DNA of 64,000 bases from Rozella allomycis CSF55 (GCA_000442015.1 KE561067.1:1-64000); one strand, 5' to 3'; counted from the stretch's first letter, positions 36,315-48,853 are shown. The notes: generated by a model not told the origin, from the sequence alone. Made by a program: numbers and translations.

Positions 36315-37994
36315 TTATTGATTGAATTTAGTCAGATCGGTGGCATAAATAGGATAAGAAAGTGTTTCCTGAATACGCAATTCTAGAGTAGGATTTTTGG
36401 CCGGGTCAACATTAAAAAGAGGCACCGTTGCAAGTACATCCATCAACTCTAGTGAATTCCTATTTAAACCACGAAACTTGGCTAGCATTTCCTCCTTGAT
36501 CTCTCTAGGCGCATCGGCTAAATACGGATTAATTTCAGTATTCTTCAATTCTGTCGTTGACTCGATAACACTGGCTAGAATTTCTTTCAGGGAAATAATA
36601 TAGAAATTGTACTCACCCAATGTTGGATGTTCTACAGTGAGTAATGGCTTTGCATATGTTTTGGCTTTGCTTTTATATAATCTCACATAATAATCGTATG
36701 CCCTATCAAATCCTTCCACAATTTGGGTTTTTCGCTCCAATGCATGCATGCTTCCAAAAAATAAACGATCGATCGCATACTCCAACAATAGTTCTCCAGC
36801 TCGTCTAATGTTAAATGGCTTCATTTTATCGATTTTGTTTACGTAAATTTCTCTCACGGCATTGTATTCGGTCAGAGCAGCGTCAACATCCCTGGACAAT
36901 AATGTAACATTCCTTGCCGCACCTTGTATTTGATCTTTAATAAAATTAAACCTGAATACTTCTCCCTTCAACTTTTTAGTTCTTTCATTTTCAGCAAATT
37001 CTCGTTCCAGAGAATGAATCTGTTCCAAAGTTTTGGGGCCAGAAATCTCTACATCTAATGATTCAGGAGTTGAGCCTTCAATTTTAGCAAATATTTCTTG
37101 AAAATCAGTAGACAAATTTGACGAGTTCTCCAATATTATCCTCGCAGATTTCTTCAACTCTTCCCTCTCCTCACGATAACTAATTACCTCGGCCTTTAGT
37201 CTTTCATAATTCTCGGTAGCCTCAATCATAGTCTTTGTAGAAAATTTTCGTCCTCTATTGGCTACACAATTTTCATGGATTTTAGAATAAGTTTCTCGCA
37301 TAAATCTCTGCCTCGACTCTTCCAAACTGTAGCGCTTTTTTCGACCATTAATCTTTTCTGTGGCCACAGAATGTCGATAAAACATAAACTGGACTGCATT
37401 TAAAAAGTTTTCAGCTTCAGGAGCGACGGCCAATATTCCCGATTTAAACTCGTTGATCTTTTCAGCTTCTTTGGATTCATCGATTAGAATATTGTCAGCA
37501 AAAGTGAAAACAATAAATCCTCTTCCGTATCCCTCTTCGGTTATCAAGGATTTCACAAAGTTGATCAACTTGACTCGCTCAGCATCAGACAGTCTTCCTA
37601 CAGGCGACAACACAAAAAATGCATCGATTCCTTGTTTTAAAAGTACTGGGACATTATCAGATATTTGTGTGGATATTTGATCAAATTCATTCTCGTTATC
37701 AGTAAACCCAGGTGTATCGACAATATTCAAAGATCGTGTACCGTTGGTGCACAAATAATTGGCACATTCTTTTGTGCACAAACTTTCACTAGTTGAAGTC
37801 TTGGCAATTTCTTCCTCATCTCCAGAATCCAAATCACATAAATTATTCAAGACATTAACCAAAGTCGACTTTCCAGTTCCATAGTAGCCAAGCAAAAGGA
37901 GGTCCAGTGGTCTATTGCACATATCTTGAACAGGTGGTGCAACTATTACAGCGATGGAAGAGAAAACTAGAGTGAGACAAAAGAAAATTTTCAT
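36315..37994 (-). CDS. Secreted AIG1/GIMAP-like P-loop GTPase with coiled coil and C-terminal helical domain; intronless
   Basis: Signal peptide; LLLGYYGTGKSTLVNVL, SLCTKEC, IVDTPGFTD, GRLSDAE, IVFTFAD. Confidence 0.8.
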   Translation of the reverse strand: MKIFFCLTLVFSSIAVIVAPPVQDMCNRPLDLLLLGYYGTGKSTLVNVLNNLCDLDSGDEEEIAKTSTSESLCTKECANYLCTNGTRSLNIVDTPGFTDNENEFDQISTQISDNVPVLLKQGIDAFFVLSPVGRLSDAERVKLINFVKSLITEEGYGRGFIVFTFADNILIDESKEAEKINEFKSGILAVAPEAENFLNAVQFMFYRHSVATEKINGRKKRYSLEESRQRFMRETYSKIHENCVANRGRKFSTKTMIEATENYERLKAEVISYREEREELKKSARIILENSSNLSTDFQEIFAKIEGSTPESLDVEISGPKTLEQIHSLEREFAENERTKKLKGEVFRFNFIKDQIQGAARNVTLLSRDVDAALTEYNAVREIYVNKIDKMKPFNIRRAGELLLEYAIDRLFFGSMHALERKTQIVEGFDRAYDYYVRLYKSKAKTYAKPLLTVEHPTLGEYNFYIISLKEILASVIESTTELKNTEINPYLADAPREIKEEMLAKFRGLNRNSLELMDVLATVPLFNVDPAKNPTLELRIQETLSYPIYATDLTKFNQ

Positions 37995-38296
37995 CTCAAG
38001 TTCTCAACCAGGGTCAAATTTTCGTGTATTAGATCTACGGACTCTTAGAGCAATTGGGCCAAAAATTCATTTCCAAATTAAAACATTAAACAAATAAAAT
38101 AGTTTAACTATTTTAAAATGTTTAAACTTAAGGGTTTTTTTATCTCTTCGTCAGCTATGTGCACATTGCGCAGTTTTCAATACACTTAATGATGTTGGTA
38201 TTTGATTCGATTTGTTATACCAAAGAGCAGAAAAAGGCAGTTTCTCGATCAATTCCAAGTATCTTTCAACTATGTACTATCCCCTTGCCGCTTAAG

Positions 38297-38372
38297 ATAG
38301 CAGATTGAAAGAAAAAAATTCACTCAAACCGATGATTCATCAACATCAATCCATGGTCCTCATCAATCGTAA
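38297..38372 (+). pseudogene. Degraded duplicate of the CFAP43 3' tip
   Basis: ATAGCAGATTGAAAGAAAAAA..CTCAA matches 36111-36143; AACATCAATCCATGGTCCTCAT matches ~36227-36248. Confidence 0.65.
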
Positions 38373-38424
38373 ATTGTTTAATGTTTAATATTCTTTTATT
38401 TCATTGTTTTAATATTTATTTGAA

Positions 38425-39114
38425 TTAAAATGAAAAATCATAACCATCATTGCTATCGTAAGCTGCAGGTTGGTCAAACATTTCTTGAATTTCAGCTTCA
38501 AGTTTGGAATCTCTGGCTGGATCTACGTTCACAAGCGGTAAATTTAAATATTCGCGCTTTGGAGAAGCACCCATTTTATCAAATGTCTTTTCAAGTTCGT
38601 TTCTAATATCACGTGGTCCAGTTGAGACACGTGGAGACTCTGTAATATAAACTTTCCTCAAATCCTTTAATTCTCTAGCTTTTTCAAGAACATTTACACT
38701 AAATTCATCGAGCGTGCTGATATGTGAAATGTAATCTGCAAATGTTGCATTTTCTTCATTCAAAGTTGGCACAGTATATTCTTTAGCTTTGCTCTTGTAT
38801 AATTTAATGTAATAACTATATGCTTTATCAAAAAGAGATTGAACTTTAGGCACATGCTGCTTCCATGAATACGGTGTAAATATTGAATAGCTGGGTATTA
38901 CTTTAAATGACTTCATATTGTTGATCGTTTCTAAATAATTTCTTTTTACTAGATTGTAATCTGAAAGGACATTTTCACAGTCTTGTGCTTTTAAAGTAAC
39001 ATTTTTAGATATAACAAGTAATTGATCTTGAATAAAATTAAATTCTTGAACAGGTGGTGCAACTATTACAGATATGGAACAGAGAACTACAGCGAGACAA
39101 AAAGAAATTTTCAT
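38425..39114 (-). CDS. Secreted paralog of the neighbouring GTPase that lacks the GTPase domain
   Basis: Near-identical signal peptide ..VIVAPPVQ followed directly by FNFIQDQ..FDKAYSYYIKLYKSKAK..NVDPA..LE.EIQE, matching the C-terminal domain of 36315-37994. Confidence 0.8.
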   Translation of the reverse strand: MKISFCLAVVLCSISVIVAPPVQEFNFIQDQLLVISKNVTLKAQDCENVLSDYNLVKRNYLETINNMKSFKVIPSYSIFTPYSWKQHVPKVQSLFDKAYSYYIKLYKSKAKEYTVPTLNEENATFADYISHISTLDEFSVNVLEKARELKDLRKVYITESPRVSTGPRDIRNELEKTFDKMGASPKREYLNLPLVNVDPARDSKLEAEIQEMFDQPAAYDSNDGYDFSF

Positions 39115-39281
39115 CTTAACTCAGGGTAAAATTTTCTTCCAAAAAAGATATATTTCTAAACTTTTTCACAATTCGTTAAGGCCATCCACATCGTTGTCTA
39201 TTTTTTAGGTCTCGATTCTTTTAGATTTAGGTTTCGTAAATTTAGAGATTTTTATTCCATACCAGATACCATTTTGAGTGC

Positions 39282-40437
39282 ATGTCGTTTAATCAAATCA
39301 AATATCGTAAGCTTGTTGATATTGTAAGTTTTTTCAAAGCACCAATAGATTTTGCAGTTGCATATGGTTCCGCGGTATTTCCTCAATCACAACGCCAGAA
39401 AAAAAACACGGTAGCAAAATTTATTGTCATGTACAAGATGTATGATTTTATTTTTGGAGTTAAATCACCATTGGAATTCCATTCAGAAAATATGAAACAA
39501 AATCCGGACCATTATTCTTCTCTTAAACTATTTGGCCCTAAAATTGTCTCATGCATTCAAGAAAAGATACCAGCCCATATTTATTACAACACTTTAATAC
39601 ACATAAATGGAAATCTTATAAAGTATGGAGTTGTCTCATTGAATGATTTGTCCAATGACTTAAAGAACTGGAATACAATGTTCCTAGCCGGAAGAATGCA
39701 TAAACCTATTTCCATTATTAAATCGAATTCCGATTTAGACAAACTTCTATCTAGAAATTTGGAGTATGCAGTTTATACTTCTCTACTCCTATTACCGAAA
39801 TCTTTTACTTTAAAAGATTTGTATTTAGCGATTACTTCATTATCATATATTGGGGACCCAAGAAAAGGTATTGCTGAAAATCCAAATAAGATTGAAAACA
39901 TTGTTAACCACCAATTCGATTGTTTCAATACCATGTATTTACCAGNAACACACTTTTATCTAGAAATTTGGAGTACGCCGTTTATACTTCTCTACTTTTA
40001 TTACCGAAATCTTTTACATTAAAAGATTTGTATTTAACGATTACTTCATTATCATACATTGGGGACCCAAGAAAAGACATTGCAGAAAATCCAAATAAGA
40101 TTGCAAACATTGTTAACCACCAATTCGATTGTTTCAATACCATGTATTTACCAGTGCTAGAAAAATTGGCAATCATTGAGAAAGGTATTGTAACAAGGAC
40201 GATCCCATTTGAAACCATTATTGAAAACTTGTCACCGCATTTGAAATTGAAACTAAATGGCAATTATTCAAAACCTAATGTAATTAAGAGTAATAATAAT
40301 TATTTTACTTAATAGACTTGAAAGATATAGTAAACATGCCGTCCATTTTCCAGGCCGCAAAAGGTTTGCTAACTGCCGGAGTTTATAAATCTGCAATTTA
40401 TTCGTTCAGAAAATTGAAAAAATCTTTTAATAAATGA
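39282..40437 (+). CDS. TAM41: Mitochondrial CDP-DAG synthase Tam41 (internal ~200-nt duplication around N at 39946)
   Basis: FAVAYGSAVFPQ, MYDFIFGV, IKYGVV..DLKNWNTMFLAGRMHKP, LSYIGDPR..ENPNKIENIV, QAAKGLLTAG. Confidence 0.93.
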
Positions 40438-40485
40438 TCCTAATTTATGAAAAGTTTTGGCGCCAAATTTTAGTGAAATTTACAA

Positions 40486-41911
40486 ATGCAAGTTCAACCG
40501 TCATTGTTTATTGAACAACGATCGGCCATACAACAAGAAATAGATTCAGTTATAGATTTTAAAATTTTGAACAAATATAAGAATAGTTTGTTGGAAGAAA
40601 ACATAAATGAAGCGTTTTACAGAATAGAGGAATTGACAGCAGCTCCAATTAAAAGGAAACGAATAGAAGGAGATACTTTACAAGGGTCATTTAAATATGA
40701 CATAAATAAAAATGGAAAAGACACGAGGATAGAATGGCTATATGATCCATCAAAAACCATTCATATGACCAGGGATCAGAGGGCCTTTTTACATTTTTGT
40801 CAGGGCCAGCTATTTAACCAATTGGATGATTATCATGAATTGGCTGAAAAATTTCTCACAAAATCAGTTTTATTGAATCCAAAATGTGGATCTGTAATGA
40901 ATCTATTGTCACTCTAATAGTCATGGAATTCTCTGGGCGAGACAATGTGGAAAAAGGGTGATATTGAATGTTCATTAAAATGCTTCAAGACCGCGCTAGT
41001 GCATTGCCGAAGCAAAGAAGTTTTAAGAAATATTGCACTTGCACAAAGGTCTTTAGCTTCAAAAAATACTTTTAATAAAATAGAATTAATTGATCAAAGT
41101 ATTGATTCGGCAAAAGAGGCTTTGGCTTTGGATTTCAATGATCCATTTTCCTGGGCATCTTTGGGAACGAGCATCATGCAAAAATTCTTTTCTGTGTCTT
41201 TAAAAGATTCAGAGTTATATCAAAGCATTAAAGCTTATTCCAAGGCAGTAATTATATTGTTTTTTATTAATTTTGATTTCACTAGGAATTCAAGATGCTG
41301 ATATTTTCTATAATCGATCTATGGTAAAACAAATATGTAACGTTTACAGTTAAAACTTTACCTTGAAGAATATGATGATGCCATTAAAGACAGCGAAAAT
41401 TGCATTGCTTTGGACAAACTTCATGAAAATGCTATAAATCTTCTATCAGACTTATCACGGCATTTAGAAAGCGTCAAAAGTTGGTGCTTTAAGAAAATAC
41501 CGAAATTTAAAATTCCTTTAGAGGCTACACATTTCGGCGCCAAAGATAAATTTACAGGGGTATTTTATCAAGAATTGCAACCTCTGTGTCAACTTTGTAG
41601 GTAAATTGCATCATTCATGAATTAATGGGTATGGTTGCTCCTTGATTTATCTTGTACGTTGATCCCAGTCTTTGTATACCATTTGTCACCAACCTTTGTG
41701 GTTCAACAGGGCTCCATCGTGTCTATATCCCATCCCGTTTATAGGAAATGCTTCATCGTAAGCTAATCCCTTTATTGCTTCATAGAAAAATGAATTGGTT
41801 TTTGAAAATATTAGGGCTGATAGTGCTGACAAAAGCTGTTTATCGGTTAATGGAAAGCAAATCAACTTGAATGATTTATGCGCATTTTCATTCACAATAG
41901 AAAAGAAATAA
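40486..41911 (+). CDS. TTC5: TTC5-like TPR protein with C-terminal OB domain; model uses two GT-TG introns
   Basis: AEKFLTKSVLLNP..WNSLGETMWKKGD..AKEALALD..SW..LG; DIFYNRS; VFVYHL..G..V.I.HP; L.VNGK. Confidence 0.78.
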
Positions 41912-41945
41912 ATATCAATTATGTGTCTTCACGTTTATTTATTGT

Positions 41946-42904
41946 CTATTTATCGTCGTAGCTTGCCGCTGCAATGGCCTTGACTTTAGGGGATTTTGAT
42001 GGTCGTCTGAAGAATGATTCTCTTGCACCTTTTGAACTGGAATCTTTAGTACTTTGAGAAAATGGATTTCTCCATTTAATACGATAAATTATGGACATTA
42101 TTAACATTGAAAAAGGAAACGTCATGTATGTTAATTTTTGTACATCCTGGGAATAGGCAATGAGCTTTGGTTTCACATCAAAAATATACAGTTTAAATGG
42201 ATTTTCAACCAGCAATTGGATGATCATTGTAAAGTTTACAATTGATGAAAATATAGTTAATAGTACCAATTTTACTAGTCCGGATGCGTTGCTTCGTTGT
42301 CCAATCTTTCTTTTCCTCAGGTTTTGTATCGCGAAAACAACAATGTAATCTATACTAAAGAAAGTTAAACTGATTTACAGTAAGCAATTACAAGAACCAA
42401 TTCGCACAATGAAAGAACAACAAACTTAGTCCCCACCAATACTCCAATTATGTGAATGTCGTAAATCATTAATCCGATCAGTGCTAAATTCATGCTTACA
42501 AACGAGCCAACCGAAAATTTTCGGTTAAAAACTTTGAAAATTAAGTCAATTAAGAATCTGCCTGAAGTCTCCATTGCCAAACTCAATTTTTTCCACAAAG
42601 AGATAGCATAACAACACCCCAGCAAACAAATATCGAATCCAGACAAAAGACAAATATTGTCGACCCAAAGCACCTTGGCAGCTATATCATCATTAATGGA
42701 AGTAATATAATGCAGAGCATATTCGTAATAAAAGTCGCGTGCAATAAAGGACACCAGATATATAATGGAAAAACTAAAATTGATCAATAAAAGTGCTTGA
42801 GGTGCACTATTGTCTTGTTTGAATGATTTCAATGCTTTAATTGCCGCAAATAGTTGAAAAATAGTGGCTGCAACGCTAATTCCGCGGTTTAGCCAGTTCG
42901 CCAT
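41946..42904 (-). CDS. Multi-pass (about 7 TM) membrane protein, one 29-nt intron
   Basis: Two hydrophobic ORFs joined in frame; basic/Ser-rich tail; no family recognised. Confidence 0.6.
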
Positions 42905-43028
42905 TAAATATTCCGAGCTAGGACACCGAGGTTCTTAACATGTTACACCTTTTTATAATTTTTTATCTTATCATTACTATTTTATAATTGACAATGACTG
43001 AATGCTTTAAGCAATTTCTGAAATCTTA

Positions 43029-44201
43029 ATGAATGCCAGAAATTCATTGCGTCGGTTATTTGGAACAAGAATAGAAAACAATAGGTTTGAAGCATTAAAA
43101 GCAAAGTTAAAATCAGATCCAAAAGGTCTTGATGCATTTATAATGACAACTGCAAAGAAAAAGTATTTTATTTACGTTTGTTCGATTTAGTCATGTAAAA
43201 CTACCAGAATGGTTGAAAACAACGATACCTGTTGGCGAAAATTATCATAAATTAAAATCGACTTTGAGAACACTTAATCTAAACACTGTAATAATGAAAA
43301 GGTGGATTGATCAGGTATGCGAAGAAGCCAAATGTCCAAATATCGGTGAATGTTGGGGTGGAAATAAAGATAAAACGGCAACTGCCACTATAATGGTAAC
43401 TCTGTAAACGATTAAAGAAAGCTAATGGGTGATGAGTGCACAAGGGGGTGTAGATTTTGTTCTGTGAAAACTAACAGAAAACCAAAGCCGCTAGATCCCA
43501 TGGAGCCTGAAAATACAGCCACTGCGATATCCAAATGGGGTCTTGATTATGTTGTTCTGACCTCGGTTGATCGTGATGGTAGAAAACAGTTCTAATTAAA
43601 CTGATAGATTTACCTGATGGCGGGGCTACTCATTTTGCCTCCACAGTCAAATTATTAAAACAAAAATCCCCCAAACTACTCATAGAATGCTTAACAGGGG
43701 ATTTCCAAGGGAATAAAGATCACATTTCAATTGTTGCGGAATCTGGCTTGGATGTTTATGCACACAACATCGAAACCGTTAGAAATTTAACACCTTTCGT
43801 ACGTGACAGAAGGGCCGGATTTCAGCAATCCTTAGATATTTTGCTTCATGCGAAATCCGTCAATGAGAAACTCATAACAAAGTCTTCAATCATGTTAGGT
43901 TGTGGGGAGCAGGATGAAGAAGTCTTAGAAGCTTTAAAAGGTATGCAAATATTATTTTTTCAAGTAAGATTTACGAAAGGCGAAAGTTGACTGTGTAACT
44001 TTGGGGCAATACATGCAACCAACAAAAGGCCACATGAAAGTTCATGAATACGTTTCTCCAGAGAAATTTCAATATTGGAACAATATTGCTTTAGACCTTG
44101 GGTTTCTGTACGTTGCTTCTGGCCCTCTAGTTCGCTCATCATATAAGGCAGGTGAATTTTTCATTTCCAATGTTTTAAAAGAAAGGAATAAAAAACAATA
44201 A
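43029..44201 (+). CDS. LIP5: Mitochondrial lipoyl synthase, 5 short introns
   Basis: [48 protein letters not shown]. Confidence 0.97.
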
Positions 44202-44211
44202 TTTATGTTTA

Positions 44212-45108
44212 TTATATTGCTTGATATCCATGGCTTGTGCCACCACAAAGTCTTTCAGCCAAGAAATTAACACCATCCTATTAAAAACAAAACAGTAATT
44301 TACTTTCATTAATGAAGGAACTTTGGACCAGAATTGAAAGTGGGGGATTATTTCAATACCAGAATAACCATTTTGCTTTCGTATTAAAGCCCCTCCCAGA
44401 AAGTAGACCCCTGCGATTACAAAAAAGATGATTAGAAAGATATCACCACCGCTCATTCCTCCTTTCATTACTACAATTATGTTACCTTTAGGGGCATCAT
44501 TTTCTGGACTTTTGTCCTTTTCATCATTCGGTTTGTCGTTTGGTGGATTTGAAGGTGGAGGGGTTGGAGATTCATCAGGCTTTTTGTCTTCACTCAATTC
44601 ACAGAAAGATTTGCTTGATAAATTAAATAGATATCGATTATTATTGAATCCATTGTACTTTAATTCATCATTCCCGTTATTGCACGTTAATTCAACTGTT
44701 GTGATTAATAAATGCTTATTTTCTTGCAATTCTTCACCAATAAATTCATAAACAAAATTGCCTTTAATATAATTTGATATCTTTTTACCTTTTGACAGAT
44801 ATTTTGCCCTTATCAAGTCTTTACCGATCACTTTAATTTCTTTGGACCCAGATGTTCCTAATGTAGAGCAGAAATATCCTTTTTTGTCACATTCTGGAGC
44901 AAGAGTACATGGATTAAAATGAAACTGGCCGTTTTCAGAATTAATTGTGAACGTCCTTGTTAGCTCAAAATTGAATTAATTACTTTTCTAGACCAGAAAA
45001 GTCGAATTTTAACTTTTTCGACTCGTCATAAACAAAAGGGTTTTCGCATTTAAACGGGTCTAGAGATAAAACCAGACTTGCCGAGAAAAGAATCAGGCCT
45101 AGAAGCAT
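44212..45108 (-). CDS. Type I membrane protein, ATG27/cation-dependent M6P-receptor-like
   Basis: Signal peptide, FDFSGL..FHFNPC, TM then YFLGGAL..GIEIIPHFQFWSKVPSLMKDG, terminal GYQAI sorting motif. Confidence 0.75.
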
Positions 45109-45227
45109 GTCACGAAAATTCGTGAAAAATAGTGAATCGGAAATCAAAGTAGCATTAAATTAACAAATAAAAATAATCTGATTGTTTATTACTAATGTAT
45201 TAATATTTCGGAAAAATATCAAGTCCA

Positions 45228-46550
45228 ATGGAGAAATCATTGGACCAAAGTAATGCAATCGTGATGAAATCTCTTGGAATGACCCCCACTAAAGTTGAAT
45301 CCCTTGTAAATCAAATTTCTATTTTATCAAATACAGAAGCCCCGACAAAAGTAACGTTAAATTGACACACTGAAAGGAAATATTGATAGGATTAGAGGAA
45401 TCATGTTATATAATATTGAACAATCTAGAACATGAATATAATCCACAAAGAGAAAGTAGGAGATCCTCACTTTCTTCACCTACATCCTTGGATCATGTAA
45501 ATAATGAACAAGAACAAGTGTTACCGATGGCTGTTTCAAACAATGCAGTATTTGGCGACTCGCAAATGCACCCAACTGTAATTGATGAAAATTTGGTCTA
45601 TGCAATAGCCCAATTGCTCAAGTTTACATATATGATGTTGGACCATTACGACATGCCACACAAGAGTGTTCCAAGCAAAATTAAAATTCAAGAAACAGAA
45701 AAATATGAAAACCATCAAGTAGTGGAAGCGAAATTCCAAGAATGGTTAAAAACAGTAGCAAATTTATGTGCCAAACACGCAACTAATGAGAATAGGGAAC
45801 TACCGAGTCGAACTTCATTCAGGTCAGATTTGGACTTTCATCTGAGTCACATACAAATGTATGTCCAAAGGGGAGAGATGAAAAATCAAAAAGTTGAGTT
45901 AAATGATAGGCAACAAAAGAAAATGGAAGGCGCTACAATTTATAGAAAAATTATTCAAATTCAAGGCAAAAGGCTTAATGATCAAAGGGCAAGCTATGTG
46001 GATAAATTGGCAAAGTTAGAAACGGTCATAGACCAGCTAATGGAAAGTGCTAAGAGTTCATTCGACAATCAAAGGGTTGTATTAAGTGACGCCAAAAAGA
46101 GCGATATGGAATTATTAAGAATCACAAAATTGCTGGAAAAAAGTGGCTCTAGAAGAATGGACGACCAAGTAATTTTCCCAATTTGATGAAAGGAGGTGTG
46201 GGTTTCCCAGAAACAACAAAAAGGTGAAGCCCTCGTTAAGATATCTGAAAAATTGGCCGATGATAATTCCAAATTCTCAGAGCAAAGGTTTACTGTAAGC
46301 AAAGAGAAAGAAAAGGACATGTTTGTAAAAGACATGTTTAAGCGTTTGGATCGTATTGGAACAAATTTGGAAAATCAAAAGTCTATTTCCCCAGTAGAGC
46401 TTAAAGAAAAAAGACTTGATAGCGTAGAAAAGACTCTGCAGAGATTGGTAATAAAATTCTCTTACTTTGAATTAGGATGAATTTTCTTATTCAGATCAGA
46501 GGCATGAGTTTATCAAAAAATCAAAATCCTCCAACGTTCTTAGCCAATAA
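45228..46550 (+). CDS. Hypothetical coiled-coil protein, 3 short introns
   Basis: ORFs join in frame through 26-28-nt GT-AG introns; no family recognised. Confidence 0.6.
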
Positions 46551-46577
46551 ATCTTAAAGTTACGGTAATTATTATAT

Positions 46578-47609
46578 TTATTTTTGCATGCTGTATTTTT
46601 GTTGAAGTTCATATGCAAGCAATGAAATGCCGAATAGTGGAGCAACTATGAGGCATCTTTGTGCGGAACCTTTAAAGAACGCCTTTATGCCTTCTGTTTT
46701 ATATATAACTTGATAACAATTTAGCATCCCAGAGTAAATATTAGGCCTGTCGGGGTGATGCATAATCTGAATTCTAGTTTTGACAACTATTTTCATGTAT
46801 GCATATAAAATACCATCCATTGGTGTCACTACAATAGCGGCAAATGAACCAGCCATTATCCCAGACGCAAACGTATGCCACAATTGAGATGAGCCTGTTT
46901 CCCTGTGCAGAGTTTGCTTTATATATGCAGACAAGGAGAAAAATATCAATGAGAAAGGTACATCTCTGTCTAGATAAAATCAATTGCTTTTACCTACACA
47001 AAGTTTGCGTTGTCCCTTTATATAATCCTCTTAAACCTAATTCTTTTACAATTGTAGTAAGGGATTTTTTGGCGCCATTTTCACCTGCTATTTGCATTTG
47101 GATTTTGGCCATTTCCATGGGATTCGTCGCAATAACCTATTTCAATTTACAACATCAATTTACTTGACAAAATCCAGCTGTAGCTCCTGCGACCTGTAAC
47201 AATTATTTAATTTTATTACCATTCCATCAACAGTCGTCAGCTCTTCCATTTTTAAGTTTTTCCTCTTAGCAATTATTTCCCTGGCCGCATCGTTTACCGC
47301 AAGCTTTATTGCTTTTTCGGGGGTAACGCCAACAAGGTTTGGTACAAGCCCGCGGTATAAACCCCTAGCGCCCTCCATGCGTATTATTTGCTTAAACATA
47401 TTAAGGCCAGATATGTTTCCCTTTTGATTTTGTAATCTAGTTTTTAATGTATCCAAAGGAAATATTCTACTATCTTAATGGTAACCGGGTTACATGGATG
47501 TCCCTAATACTCCAGCTATTGCGCCAGATTTTAGCTTTGACGATAAATCTGTTTTATGAATTAACTTTTCTGAATCGATTAATGGTAATGTAGATGAAGG
47601 AGCTTGCAT
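46578..47609 (-). CDS. Mitochondrial carrier, glutamate carrier (SLC25A22/AGC)-like, 5 short introns
   Basis: FPLDTLKTRLQ, LVGVTPEKAIKLAVND, NPMEMAKIQMQ, RDVPFS, TPMDVVKTRIQ, APLFGI. Confidence 0.9.
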
Positions 47610-47705
47610 TATGAAAAGGAAAGAACTCGCCGGAAAATTAAAAGCCAATTTTATTAGGCATGAAATCGACACGGCAAACTGATTTTTCGTAAAGGTTGAT
47701 CAATT

Positions 47706-48844
47706 ATGAATAAATTGAAATCAATTTTTACTGGTCATAGCAGAAAGAAAGAAAAAAATGAAAATGGAAGAGTGGTAATGTTTAATGAAAAAATGTCATA
47801 GATTGACTTTAGTTTTAAAAAGCTTTTTGAATATCCTTATGATAGTATAATTGTCATTGAGCCGGAAGAAATAGGAACTTTGAAATTGGAGTAAAAATTC
47901 ATAGTACATTTAAGATAAAGTCATAACTTCATCACAACTCTCCCACAAGATATTTTGGACCTCAGAAAACTGCATAGTATTTTCTTAAAGTAACATATAT
48001 TACATCTCAAACTTAGCAATAATTATATAAAAATACTACCCAATGCATTATTTAAACTAAAAAATCTAAGATTTATTGATTTATCGAGTAATAAGTTGCG
48101 TGATCTATCAGATTGCGGTTTTGAACATTTGGACTTTCTCACCAGCCTGAATTTGACCAACAACCAGTTAGAGTCGGTGCCATTGAGTCTCTTCAAATGT
48201 CATAAGTAAGTATTGCATTTTGTTTTTTCAGACTTAAACATTTGGGGTTGGCCCATAACTTATTGAAGAGAATACCTGAAGAAATAGTAAATCTTTGCAA
48301 CTTAGAAATGCTTACACTAAACGACAATAATATTTTAGAAATAAGCAAATGTCTTCGTTCTTTACGACGCTTGGAAAGTATCACATTGTATGGCAATAAA
48401 TTTAATGAAGCATTGCAATTTGTGTATCTACCTCAGAGTCTAAAATACTGCGGTAATCTAAATCATTTTTGTAATAGAGTAACTTCCGTACCATTCAGCG
48501 ATACCTTTAATCCATGTTCAGAATTTCTGAACTCTCTCGATTTGCGTGATGCCCATAAAAATTCTCTGGAAAAGAGTCTTTCTAACTTATCAATTAGTGA
48601 TGAGTCTTTGGAAAACGTTTGCTCGATACCGCCACCCATATCAAAACACGCCGCGGATTTCTGCACAAGTCCCACAAAATCCCCTAACGTTTGTCAATTA
48701 TGTGGTGACTATATCTATCCAGAAAATGAAATGAGTGAAGAATTGAATAAAATTGAGCAAATAGAAAATTCTGAGATGCAGGATAGTCAAGAGAAATGGC
48801 ATAAATTTTGTTATGAAGTTTGGAATACATCAATAAATGTTTAA
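47706..48844 (+). CDS. Leucine-rich repeat protein, 4 short introns
   Basis: LxxLxLxxNxLxxLP repeats (IDLSSNKL, LNLTNNQLESVP, LGLAHNLLKRIP). Confidence 0.8.
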
Positions 48845-48853
48845 CGCATATTT

